A stretch of 64,000 bases of DNA from Anaeramoeba ignava BMAN (GCA_028826165.1 JAPDFW010000145.1:1-64000), one strand, 5' to 3'; counted from the first letter of the stretch, positions 40,312 through 53,945 are shown. The notes: generated by a model not told the origin, from the letters alone. Made by a program: numbers and translations.

Positions 40312-43109
40312 ATTAATAATAATTTATTCATAATTTATTCATAATTTAATTTATTTTTTATTTTTATTTTTAATTTATGTTTTTAATTTTGAAATTTATT
40401 TTTATATTTGATATATATATTTTTAGTATTTTGTAAATTAAAATATTTATAAATAAATATTTATTTTAATTTAATTTAATTTAATTTAATTTAATTTTGT
40501 TTTTTATTAATTTAGAATTAATAATCAATTTTAAAAATATAATATATATTTTTATCTTCTTTTTCAATTTCTTCTTCTATTTTTATTTATTTATTTATTT
40601 TCAATTTCATTTTTTTCAATTTAATTTATTTTAATTTTCATTTTCAATTTCATTTTCAATTTATTTTTTTCATTTTCATTTTTAATTTTCAATTTAATTT
40701 AATTTTAATTCAATTTAATTCATATTTTATATTTTATAAATTAAATAAATAAAATATTTTTAATTGTAATTTATTTTATTTTCATTTTTATTTTGTGTGT
40801 AAATGAATTTTGAAAAAATCAAAAAAATAAAATTAATAAAATAAATAAAAATAAATTTTGAAAATAATAATTGAATTATTAATAAAATAAAAATATTAGA
40901 ATTAATTAATTAATTAATTATAAATCAAAATTTATTATTATTAATTATTAAAATAAATAAATTTGAAATGAAAAATAATAAATAAAAATGAATATTAATT
41001 ATATTATATAAATATAATGAATGAATATATAATTAATAAATATATAATAATAAATATCAATTCAAAATATATATAATGTAAAATGTTTAAAAATAAAAAT
41101 AAATTTTTAAAAGTATAAATCAAAATAAATAATATTTTTTTTATCAACTTTATTTCAATTTATATAAATATAAATCAAAAAAAAATAAAAAAAATCAAAT
41201 TTTATTCTAATTTACATATATTTTAAACATTTTTCAATAATAAATATTAAATCAAAATATATATTCAAAATTAATATAATAATGGAATCAAATTTATTAT
41301 CAATATTATATTAATAAATAATATAATAAATATAATATCAGAATAATAAATATATTAATAAAAATATATTTTATTAAATATTCTTTTTGGATTTGATTTT
41401 TATTTTGTAATTCTTTTTATATTTTTAGAATAATTATTTATTTATTTTCATTTATTATTTTATTCAAAATTTCATTTTTAATTTCATTTACAATTTAATT
41501 TATTTTAAATATAATTTAATTTCATTTTTCATTTTCATTTTCAATTTCATTTTCATTTTCAATTTCATTTAATTTGAATTATAAAATAAATGAAATTAAA
41601 TAAAATTAATAATTAATTAATATTAAATAAATATTCTATTTATATTCATTATTATTATTAATAACTATTTATATATCTATTCATTTTATTTGATTTATTT
41701 ATTTGATTTATTCTTTTTATTTGTTCATTCATCTCATTTTAAATTAATTTATTGAAAATTTTGTAACAAAAATAAATAAATAAATAAATAAAAGATATTT
41801 TGAATTTAAATTAATCAAAAATACAATTAAAAAGTTGTTTAATTTAATTTAATTTAATTTAATTTTTTATTTAATTTATTTTTAATTTTAATTTAATTTT
41901 AAATTTAATAAAAAGATAAAAAAGTATTTTTGAAATGGAGAAAATAAAATTATAAATTAAAAGGAGAAAAAATAGAAAAGATAAAGATGTATTTTTAAAA
42001 GATAAAAGTATTTTTGAAATGGAGAAAAATAAATAAAAATAAAAAGGAAAAAATAAATATAAAATTGATAATTGTTTTAATTAATTTATTTCTTTATTTT
42101 TTATTATTTTATTATTTTATTATTCTTTTATCAAAAATATAAATAATATTTATAAATAATAATTTAATTTTAATTTCAAAAATAATCAATCTATAAAATA
42201 TTAAATAATAATTAATATTAATATTAATTCAATTATATTCAATTTTCAACTTAAAATTTAATTTAATTTATTTTCAATTTCAATTTCAATTTATATTTTA
42301 TAAACAATTTAAATAAATATTTTTAATTGTAATTTATTTTATTTTCATTTTATTTTTGTGTGTAAATGAATTTTGAAAAAATCAAAAAAAATAAAATTAA
42401 TAAAATAAATAAAAATAAATTTTGAAAATAATAATTGAATTATTAATAAAATAAAAATATTAGAATTAATTAATTAATTAATTATAAATCAAAATTTATT
42501 ATTATTAATTATTAAAATAAATAAATTTGAAATGAAAAATAATAAATAAAAATGAATATTAATTATATTATATAAATATAATGAATGAATATATAATTAA
42601 TAAATATATAATAATAAATATCAATTCAAAATATATATAATGTAAAATGTTTAAAAATAAAAATAAATTTTTAAAAGTATAAATCAAAATAAATAATATT
42701 TTTTTATCAACTTTATTTCAATTTATATAAATATAAATCAAAAAAAAAATAAAAAAAATCAAATTTTATTCTAATTTATATATTTTAAACATTTTTCAAT
42801 AATAAATATTAAATCAAAATATATATTCAAAATTAATATAATAATGAAATCAAATTTATTATCAATATTATATTAATAAATAATATAATAAATATAATAT
42901 CAGAATAATAAATATATTAATAAAAATATATTTTATTAAATATTCTTTTTGGATTTGATTTTTATTTTGTAATTCTTTTTATATTTTTAGAATAATTATT
43001 TATTTATTTTCATTTATTATTTTATTCAAAATTTCATTTTAATTTAATTTTCAATTTAATTTATTTTAAATTTAATTTAATTTCAATTTCATTTTCATTT
43101 TCATTTTAA

Positions 43110-43420
43110 TTTTTGATTTTTGAATTTTTGATTTGAATTTGATTTAATTTGAATTTGAATTTAATTTGAATTTGAATTTAATTTGAATTTAATTTGAATT
43201 TGAATTTGAATTTAATTTGAATTTGAATTTGAATTTAATTTGAATTTAATTTTAATTTGATTTTAATTTGAATTTGAATTTAATTTGAATTTAATTTGAA
43301 TTTAATTTGAATTTAATTTGAATTTGAATTTAATTTGATTTGAATTTTGAATTTGAATTTAATTTGAATTTAATTTGAATTTAATTTGAATTTGAATTTA
43401 ATTTGAATTTAATTAATTTA
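43110..43420. repeat. (TTTGAA/TTTAA)n simple repeat
   Basis: Mixed 5/6-mer array that follows many ~800-bp units. Also at ~33950, 38480, 47330, 53945, 56660, 58520 and 63440. Confidence 0.85.
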
Positions 43421-43529
43421 AATTTTCAATTTAGATTACAATCAACTTTACATAATAAATAAACACAAAAAAAATCAATCAATATTCATTTCTGATTTTT
43501 ATTTTGATTTTTCTTATTATTTTTATTTT

Positions 43530-45730
43530 GAATTCAATTTACAATTAAATTAAATTAAATCAATTCAATTTACAATTAAATTAAATAAATTCAATTTACA
43601 ATTAAATTAAATAAATTCAATTCAATTTTAAATTAAATTAAATAATTAAATTCAATTTACAATTAAATTTAATTAAATTAAATCAATTCAAAATAAAATT
43701 AAATTAAATTCAATTAATTTACAATTAAATTAAATAAATAATTCAATTTACAATTAAATTAAATAAATTCAATTCAATTTACAATTAAATTAAATAAATT
43801 AATTCAATTTACAATTAAATTAAATAAATTAATTCAATTTACAATTAAATTAAATTAAATAATTCAATTTACAATTAAATTAAATAAATAATTCAAAATT
43901 TAAAATTAAATTAAATAAATTAATTCAATTTTAATTAAATTAATAAATAATTCAATTTTACAATTAAATTAAATAAATAATTCAATTTACAATTAAATTA
44001 ATAAATAATTCAATTTACAATTAAATTAAATAAATAATTCAATTTTACAATTAAATTAAAATTAAAAAAATAAATTCAATTTACAATTAAATTAAATAAA
44101 TAATTCAATTTACAATTAAATTAAATAAATAATTCAATTTACAATTAAATTAATAAATTAATTCAATTTACAATTAAATTAAAATAAAAAATAATAATTC
44201 AAATTTACAATTAAAATTAATAAATATAATTAAATTTTATAAATTAAATTAAATTAAAATAATTCAATTTACAATTAAATTCAATTTAAATAAATTCAAT
44301 TTACTACAATTAAATTAAATAAATAAATTCAATTTACAATTAAATTAAATAAATTCAATTTACAATTAAATTAAATAAATAAATTCAATTTACAATTAAA
44401 TTAAATAAATAATTCAATTTACAATTAAATTAAATAAATAAATTCAATTTACAATTAAATTAAATATAATTCAATTTACAATTAAATTAAATAAATAATT
44501 CAATTTACAATTAAATTAAATAAAAATAAATTCAATTTACAATTAAATAAATTAAAAATTTCAATTTAAATTAATAAATTCAATTTACAATTAAATTAAA
44601 TAAATAAATTCAATTTACAATTAAATTAAATAATTCAATTTACAATTAAATTAAATAAATTCAATTTACAATTAAATTAAATTAAATTCAATTTACAATT
44701 AAATTAAATTAAATTCAATTTACAATTAAATTAAATAATTCAATTTACAATTAAATTAAATAAATTCAATTTACAATTAAATTAAATTACAATTCAATTT
44801 ACAATTAAATTAAATTACAATTCAATTTACAATTAAATTAAATTACAATTCAATTTACAATTAAATTAAATAAATAATTCAATTTACAATTAAATTAAAT
44901 AAATAAATTCAATTTACAATTAAATTAAATAAATAAATTCAATTTACAATTAAATTAAATAAATAAATTCAATTTACAATTAAATTAAATAAATAATTCA
45001 ATTTACAATTAAATTAATAAATAAATATAATTCAATTTACAATTAAATTAAAATAAATTCAATTTACAATTAAATTAAATAAATTCAATTTACAATTAAA
45101 TTAAATAAATTCAATTTACAATTAAATTAAATAAAAATTCAATTTACAATTAAATTAAATATAATTCAATTTACAATTAAATTAAATAAATTCAATTTAC
45201 AATTAAATTAAATATAATTCAATTTACAATTAAATTAAAATAAATTCAATTTACAATTAAATTAAAAATTAATTCAATTTTTAAATTAAATTAAATAAAT
45301 TCAATTTACAATTAAATTAAAATTCAATTTACAATTAAATTAAATATAATTCAATTTTACAATTTAAATTAAATTAAATTCAATTTCAAATTAAATTAAA
45401 TTATAATTCAATTTTACAATTAAATTAAATTAAATTCAATTTACAATTAAATTAAATTAATTCAATTTACAATTAAATTAAATAAATTCAATTTACAATT
45501 AAATTAAAATAATTCAATTTACAATTAAATTAAAATTATTAAATTAATTCAATTTACAATTAAATTAAATTAAATTCAATTTACAATTAAATTAAATTAA
45601 TTCAATTTACAATTAAATTAAATACATTCAATTTACAATTAAATTAAATTAAATTCAATTTACAATTAAATTAATAAATTAAATTCAATTTACAATTAAA
45701 TAAATAATTAATTCAATTTACAATTAAATT
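43530..45730. repeat. TTCAATTTACAATTAAA variable-linker minisatellite (~20-35-bp units)
   Basis: Constant 17-bp core separated by linkers built from TTAAA, TAAA and TAA. Confidence 0.92.
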
Positions 45731-46083
45731 ACATTTTGTTTTCATTTTATTTATTTATCAATAAAACGAATTTATGTTCAAACACTTATTTTTCAATTTT
45801 ATTTGATTTTTATTTGATTTTCATTGATTTATTTTGATTTTCAATTATTTTGAATTAAAACAGAACAAAAAGTAAATCAATATTGAATTAAGTTATTTTA
45901 TTATATTTTTTATTTGATTTAATATAAAACAATTATTTCACTTCAATTGTAAAACAAAATTGAAGTATGTTTTGAATTAATTTACAACATAATTCCATTT
46001 AATTCACATTTATTTCAATTCAAATTTATATTCAATTTCATTTATAGTTAATTTATAAAGGAAATAAAAAGTAAATTAAAAAT

Positions 46084-46110
46084 GGGTTTGGGTTGAAGGG
46101 GCATAAGGGG
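46084..46110 (+). promoter_or_regulatory. G-quadruplex motif, copy 2
   Basis: GGG-TTT-GGG-TTGAA-GGGG-CATAA-GGGG. Confidence 0.6.
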
Positions 46111-48294
46111 ATTAATAATAATTTATTCATAATTTATTCATAATTTAATTTATTTTTTATTTTTATTTTTAATTTATGTTTTTAATTTTGAAATTTATTT
46201 TTATATTTGATATATATATTTTTAGTATTTTGTAAATTAAAATATTTATAAATAAATATTTATTTTAATTTTAATTTAATTTAATTTAATTTAATTTAAT
46301 TTTGTTTTTTATTAATTTAGAATTAATAATCAATTTTTAAAATATAATATATATTTTATCTTCTTTTTCTTCTTCTTCTATTTATTTATTTATTTATTTA
46401 TTTGCAATTTCATTTTCAATTTAATTTAATTTAATTTTCAATTTCAATTTCATTTTACAATTTAATTTCTATTTTCATTTTAATTTCAATTTAATTTAAT
46501 TTAATTTTAATTCAATTTAATTCATATTTTATATTTTATAAATTAAATAAATAAAATATTTTTAATTGTAATTTATTTTATTTTCATTTTATTTTGTGTG
46601 TAAATGAATTTTGAAAAATCAAAAATAAAATTAATAAAATAAAAATAAATTTTGAAAATAATAATTGAATTATTAATAAAATAAAAATATTAGAATTAAT
46701 TAATTAATTAATTATAAATGAAAATTTATTATTATTAATTATTAAAATAAATAAATTTGAAATGAAAAATAATAAATAAAAATGAATATTAATTATATTA
46801 TATAAATATAATGAATGAATATATAATTAATAAATATATAATAATAAATATCAATTCAAAAATATATCTAATATAAAATGTTTAAAAATAAAAATAAATT
46901 TTTAAAAGTATAAATCAAAATAAATAATATTTTTTTTATCAACTTAATTTCAATTTATATAAATATAAATCAAAAATAAAAAAAATCAAATTTTATTCTA
47001 ATTTATATATTTTAAACATTTTTCAATAATAAATATTAAATCAAAATATATATTCAAAATTAATATAATAATGAAATCAAATTTATTATCAATATTATAT
47101 TAATAAATAATATAATAAATATAATATAAGAATTAATAAATATATTAATAAAAATATATTTTATTAAATATTCTTTTTGGATTTGATTTTTATTTTGTAA
47201 TTCTTTTTATATTTTTAGAATAATTATTTATTTATTTTCATTTATTATTTTATTCAAAATTTCATTTTAATTTCATTTACAATTTAATTTTATTTTTAAA
47301 TATAATTTAATTTCATTTTCATTTTCAATTTGATTTTAATTTGAATTTAATTTGGATTTGATTTGATTTAAATTTGAATTTAATTTGAATTTAATTTGAT
47401 TTGAATTTGAATTTAATTTAATTTGAATTTGATTTTGATTTGAATTTAATTTGAATTTAATTTGAATTTAATTTGAATTTTGAATTTGATTTGAATTTAA
47501 ATTTGAATTTGAATTTTTGAATTTGATTTGAATTTGAATTTGAATTTGAATTTGAATTTGAATTTGATTTGGAATTTAATTTGAATTTGATTGGAATTAA
47601 ATTTGAATTTAATTTTGATTTTTAATTTTGAATTTGATTTTGAATTTGATTTGAATTTGATTTGAAATTTAATTTGAATTTGAATTTAATTTAAATTTTA
47701 AATTTAAAATTTAATTAATTAAATTAATTTTAATTTAAAATTTCAATTTAAAATTAATTTTGATTTTGAATTTTCAATTTAATTTAAATTTTAATTTTTG
47801 AATTCAATTTACAATTTATTAATTTAATTAATTTCAATTTACAATTAAATTTTAAATTAAAATTTCAATTTACAATTAAATTTTAAAAATTTAATTTTGA
47901 TTTAAATTTACAATTTCAATTTACAATTTAAATTAAATTTAAATTTGAATTTGATTTGAATTAAAATTTAAATTTAAATTAAATTTAATTTTAATTTTTA
48001 CAATTAATTTAAATTTAAATTTTAAATTAATTTAATTAATTAATTTGAATTAAATTTAATTCAATTTAAATTTAAATTTTAATTTAAATTAAATTTGAAT
48101 TTAATTTTAATTTGAATTAAATTAAATTAAATCAAATAATTCAATTTTAATTAAATTTATTTAAATTTGATTTGAATTAAATTTAAATTTTCAATTTAGA
48201 TTAAAATCAACTTTTACATAAAAATAAATAAACACAAAAATCAATCAATATTCATTTCTGATTTTTATTTTAAATTTTCAATTATTTTTATTTT

Positions 48295-49230
48295 GAATTC
48301 AATTTACAATTAAATTAAATTCAATTTAATTAAATTACATTCAATTTACAATTAAATTACATTCAATTTACAATTAAATTCATTCAATTTACAATTAAAT
48401 TACATTCAATTTACAATTAAATTAAATAAATAATTCAATTTTTAAATTAAATTACATTCAATTACAATTAAATTAAATTTACAATTAAAAATTCATTCAA
48501 TTTACAATTAAATTAAATAAATAAATTCAATTTTACAATTAAATTAAATAAATTAAAATTCAATTTACAATTAAATTAAATTAATAAATTCAATTTACAA
48601 TTAAATTTAATTTTAATAAATAATTCAATTTACAATTAAATTTACAATTAAATTTACAATTAAATTAAATTTACTGATTAAATTAAATTCAATTTACAAT
48701 TAAATTACATTCAATTTACAATTAAATTAAATTCAATTTACAATTAAATTAAATTAAATTCAATTTAATTAAATTAAATTACATTCAATTTACAATTAAA
48801 TTACATTCAATTTACAATTAAATAAATTCAATTTACAATTAAATAAATTCAATTTACAATTAAATAAATTCAATTTACAATTAAATAAATTCAATTTACA
48901 ATTAAATTAAATAAATTCAATTTACAATTAAATTAAATAAATTCAATTTACAATTAAATTAAATAAATTCAATTTACAATTAAATTAAAATAATTCAATT
49001 TACAATTAAATCAATAATTAATTAATTCAATTTACAATTAAATTAAATAAATTCAATTTACAATTAAATTCAATTTACAATTAAATTAAATAATTCAATT
49101 TACAATTAAATTAAATAAATATAATTCAATTTACAATTAAATTAAATAAATAAATTCAATTTACAATTAAATTAAATAAATAAATTCAATTTACAATTAA
49201 ATTAAATATATTCAATTTACAATTAAATTA
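48295..49230. repeat. TTCAATTTACAATTAAA variable-linker minisatellite
   Basis: Same core and flanks as 43530-45730. Confidence 0.92.
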
Positions 49231-49591
49231 ATAATTTTACATTTTGTTTTCATTTTATTTATTTATCAATAAAACGAATTTATGTTCAAACACTTATTTT
49301 TCAATTTTATTTGATTTTTATTTGATTTTCATTGATTTATTTTGATTTTCAATTATTTTAAATTAAAACAGAACAAAAAGTAAATCAATATTGAATTAAG
49401 TTATTTTATTATATTTTTTATTCGATTTAATATAAAACAATTATTTCATTCCAATTGTAAAACAAAATTGAAGTATGTTTTGAATTAATTTACAATATAA
49501 TTCCATTTAATTTATATTTATTTCAATTCAAATTTATGTTCAATTTTAATTATAGTTAATTTATAAAGGAAATAAAAAGTAAATTAAAATT

Positions 49592-49617
49592 GGGTTGGGT
49601 TGAAGGGGCATAAGGGG
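49592..49617 (+). promoter_or_regulatory. G-quadruplex motif, copy 3
   Basis: GGG-TT-GGG-TTGAA-GGGG-CATAA-GGGG. Confidence 0.6.
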
Positions 49618-50754
49618 ATTAATAATAATTTATTCATAATTTATTCATAATTTAATTTATTTTTTATTTTTATTTTTAATTTATGTTCTTAATTTTGAAA
49701 TTTATTTTTATATTTGATATATATATTTTTAGTATTTTGTAAATTAAAATATTTATAAATAAATATTTATTTTAATTTATTTTAATTTTAATTTAATTTA
49801 ATTTTGTTTTTTATTAATTTAGAATTAATAATCAATTTTTAAAATATAATATATATTTTATCTTCTTTTTTTTCTTCTTCTATTTATTTATTTATTTATT
49901 TATTTATTTGCAATTTCATTTTCAATTTCAATTTAATTTTCATTTTCATTTTACAATTTAATTTCTATTTTCATTTTAATTTTCAATTTAGTTTAATTTT
50001 AATTCAATTTAATTCATATTTTTATATTTTATAAATTAAATAAAATATTTTTAATTGTAATTTATTTTATTTTCATTTTATTTTATGTGTAAATGAATTT
50101 TGAAAAATCAAAAATAAAATTAATAAAATAAATAAAAATAAATTTTGAAAATAATAATTGAATTATTAATAAAATAAAAATATTAAAATTAATTAATTAA
50201 TTAATTATAAATCAAAATTTATTATTATTAATTATTAAAATAAATAAATTTGAAATGAAAAATAATAAATAAAAATGAATATTAATTATATTATATAAAT
50301 ATAATAAATGAATATATAATTAATAAATATATAATAATAAATATCAATTCAAAATATATGTAGTATAAAATGTTTAAAAAATAAAAATAAATTTTTAAAA
50401 GTATAAATCAAAATAAATAATATTTTTTTTATCAACTTAATTTCAATTTATATAAATATAAATCAAAAAAAAAAAATAAAAAAAAAATCAAATTTTATCC
50501 TCGAAAAATTGAAACAATAAAATTTTATTTTTCAAAAATTTAATTAAAGACCCGGAAAAATAAAATTTCATTTTTATTGACGGGGGCGAATTTATTTTCT
50601 GCCATTTGGGGAAAATAAAATTTTATTTTTCCAGGTCTTTTTCCCCTTTTTAAAATTGAAATTTCTCCTTTTTATTTCAAAATAAAATGATATTTGAGAA
50701 ATTTGGTTTTTTATTGAAAAGTGAGTAAATTCCAAAAAATCCTAAAAAAAACCA

Positions 50755-50868
50755 TGAAGAAAATGAAAATGAAGAAAATGAAAATGAAGAAAATGAAAAT
50801 GAAGAAAATGAAAATGAAGAAAATGAAAATGAAGAAAATGAAAATGAAGAAAATGAAGAAAATGAAAA
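50755..50868. repeat. 15-bp tandem repeat (GAAGAAAATGAAAAT)n inside the Crypton
   Basis: About 7 copies, downstream of the YR stop codon. Confidence 0.9.
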
Positions 50869-50912
50869 TCAGTAAAAATCCAAGAATGAGATCCCAAGCA
50901 TTCAACCTACTG

Positions 50913-52103
50913 TTACTTCTTTTCATCAGGGTTCAAGAATGTTGATTTCCAAGTTGTTGCCATGTCTTTCAATGATCTCTTTCGGTCGTGTACTCCAATG
51001 TTGATTGATATAATCGAGTTTGAGGGATTTCCAATTGAGATCCCATTGGGAAATAAAAGTGGAAGGTTTTGGTTTGAGTTGTTCTCTTTTTGATCTAATT
51101 TAAGCTGCAATGCATTATCAATTGCTTTTTCTTTCTCTAAACAAACTCTTTTATATAATTGGAGAGATGATTCTGATTTATGCCCACTTTTTAATTTCAT
51201 AATTTCTTGATCTTGGATCCCTTGGTTGTATAGCCTCGATACACAAGTTACACGAAAGGAATGTAGACCAATTTTCTTATTAATATTAACTTTTTTGCAT
51301 AGCTCTTGTAAATGTCTTCTCAATGTAGGTGCTTTAATTGCTTGGTTTGTAAGGGGATTTCCTGTAAAGTTTTTCTTTTTGAATGATCTAAAAAGCCGAT
51401 TGTCTGGATTCGTGGGTAACTCTGATCGAAATTTCCAATACTTGCTCAAAATTAAATATGGATCTTTCGGTGAATCTGAAAAAGGAAATAGTTTGACTGT
51501 TTTTGGTTCAAAGTTAGTCACTCCAATTGTTGCCTTATTGTTTTTGCATTCACCTTGTACATACTCTATAAAATCTTGACCATCAATGTGCCCAAAATGA
51601 ATTTGTGTCAATGTCAGATCTGCGATCTCTTGTCCTCTCAAACAAAAATGGATTCCAACTACCATCACCGTTGCAATTGTCAAATGTTTTGGATTTTCTA
51701 ACCTTAGATATTCCATCAATTTAGTTTGTTCAGCTTCTTTCAAATCTTGATAATGCGAAGTAAAACAGTTTCCAGCTGCAATAATTTCTTTTAACCGGTT
51801 TTCTACGGTGTTCTTGATGTCCTCAAATTCAGAATTTTTTAAATCTACGCTAATTAATTTCTTTTGATTCAAATACGATAAAAGGTTTGAGCAATAGGAC
51901 CGATAAGTTTTAAGTTTGTATTCCTTTCCGTTACTCCTTTTTAATTGAATAAAAAATCGACAGATGGTGTCTTTGAGATCTATTTCTTCGAAAGTAACAT
52001 TCTCAGCTTTCAAAAATCTTTCCCATTTCTTTCCCATAACAGAAATCGATTTTTGTGTATTTAAAGGGATTTTTTTTTTTTTGTACTCCTCAACAGATGT
52101 CAT
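50913..52103 (-). CDS. Tyrosine recombinase, DUF3504/Crypton type (396 aa)
   Basis: Complete R-K-HxxR-H-Y set: FCLRGQE, CKNN, HSFR, SGHKS, LQLYKR. The N-terminal pattern NT...W..F...FF...NGKEY...T is typical of DUF3504-type (CryptonA-like, ZMYM/QRICH1/KCTD1-related) recombinases. The ORF is uninterrupted. Confidence 0.93.
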   Translation of the reverse strand: MTSVEEYKKKKIPLNTQKSISVMGKKWERFLKAENVTFEEIDLKDTICRFFIQLKRSNGKEYKLKTYRSYCSNLLSYLNQKKLISVDLKNSEFEDIKNTVENRLKEIIAAGNCFTSHYQDLKEAEQTKLMEYLRLENPKHLTIATVMVVGIHFCLRGQEIADLTLTQIHFGHIDGQDFIEYVQGECKNNKATIGVTNFEPKTVKLFPFSDSPKDPYLILSKYWKFRSELPTNPDNRLFRSFKKKNFTGNPLTNQAIKAPTLRRHLQELCKKVNINKKIGLHSFRVTCVSRLYNQGIQDQEIMKLKSGHKSESSLQLYKRVCLEKEKAIDNALQLKLDQKENNSNQNLPLLFPNGISIGNPSNSIISINIGVHDRKRSLKDMATTWKSTFLNPDEKK

Positions 52104-52839
52104 AAGAGACGAATGAAAATCAAAAAAAAATTTTTTTTTTCTTTTGAATCCCGAATTAGAAAAATTTTTTCTTAAATAGTTTTCTCTTAAATTTTTTTTT
52201 CTCCTTTTTTCGATTTTTTTCTCCTTTTATTTTTTTTTTATTTTTTTTTTATTTTTTATTTTTTGGATCAGATCAATTTTTTGAGGATAAAAATACTATT
52301 TGCCCTCATTCGGAAAAATAAAATCATTTTTGAATCTCGATTTTTAGCTAAACCATCCGCTCGCCAGGGCTCGCTAAGATAATTTTGGCTCGTAAACGAG
52401 CCACCGCTAAAAATCTCGATTGCAAAAATAAAATTTTATTTTTCCAAATTTGAGCAAATAGTTTATCTTTATTCTAATTTATATATTTTAAACATTTTTC
52501 AATAATAAATATTAAATCAAAATATATATTCAAAATTAATATAATAATGGAATCAAATTTATTATCAATATTATATTAATAAATAATATAATAAATATAA
52601 TATCAGAATAATAAATATATTAATAAAAATATATTTTATTAAATATTCTTTTTTTTGGATTTGATTTTTATTTTGTAATTCTTTTTATATTTTTTAGAAT
52701 AATTATTTATTTCTTTTCATTTATTATTTTATTCAAAATTTCATTTTTAATTTCATTTACAATTTAATTTATTTTAAATATAATTTAATTTCATTTCCAT
52801 TTTCATTTTCAATTTCATTTTTTCATATTTATATATATA

Positions 52840-53945
52840 ATTAATCAATTTAATTTCCAATTTATTTATAATTTATATTCAAAAATAAAAATCAATTTCT
52901 CTCTATATATAAAATATATAAATTTAATTTTTCAATTTATTTATAATTTAAATTCAAAATAAAAATCAATTTATTTATATATATTATAAACAAATTTATA
53001 ATAAAATACTTAATTAATTTAATTCCCAATTTATTTATAATTTATATTCAAAAATAAAAATCAATTTCTCTCTATATATAAAATATATAAATTTATTTTT
53101 CAATTTATTTATAATTTAAATTAAAAATAAAAATCAATTTATTTATATATATTATAAACAAATTTATAATAAAATAATTAATTAATTTAATTCCCAATTT
53201 ATTTATAATTTATATTCAAAATAAAAAATCAATTTCTCTCTATATATAAAATATATAAATTTATTTTTCAATTTATTTATAATTTATATTCAAAATAAAA
53301 ATCAATTTATTTATATATATTATAAAACAAATTTATAACAAAATACTTAATTAATTTAATTTCCAATTTATTTATAATTTATATTCAAAAATAAAAATCA
53401 ATTTCTCTCTATATATAAAAAGTATATAAATTTATTTTTAATTTATTTCAATTCAAATTAAAAATAAAAATCAATTTATTTATATATATTATAAACAAAT
53501 TTATAACAAAATAATTTATTAATTTAATTTTCAATTTATTTATAATTTATATTCAAAAATAAAAATCAATTTCTCTCTATATATAAAATATATAAATTTA
53601 TTTTTCAATTTATTTATAATTTAAATTAAAAATAAAAATCAATTTATTTATATATATTATAAACAAATTTATAACAAAATAATTAATTAATTTAATTTCC
53701 AATTTATTTATAATTTATATTCAAAAAATAAAAAATCAATTTCTCTCTATATATAAAATATATAAATTTATTTTTCAATTTATTTATAATTTAAATTAAA
53801 AATAAAAAAAATCAATTTATTTATATATATTATAAACAAATTTATAATAAAATAATTAATCAATTTAATTTCCAATTTATTTATAATTTATATTCAAAAA
53901 ATAAAAAATCAATTTCTCTCTATATATAAAATATATAAATTTATT
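52840..53945. repeat. ~170-bp tandem satellite (third array)
   Basis: Same unit as 1855-3960. Confidence 0.9.

Larger units (their letters stand above)
50499..52472 (-). mobile_element. Crypton-type tyrosine-recombinase DNA transposon, apparently full length
   Basis: Splits the ~800-bp repeat at TCAAAT[TTTAT]TCTAATT. Empty sites are present in sibling copies, for example ~38130. TTTAT occurs at both ends (50494-50498 and 52468-52472). The element encodes a YR protein, has subterminal hairpins, and has no RT. Confidence 0.88.

Noticed and set aside
43530-45730. CRISPR-like repeat-spacer appearance
   Set aside because: Linkers are only ~3-18 nt, low-complexity and redundant. The context is eukaryotic with no cas genes.
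50711-50945. KKMKM and FIFF ORFs, and antisense ORF 51226-51579
   Set aside because: Products of the 15-bp repeat and a shadow of the recombinase gene.
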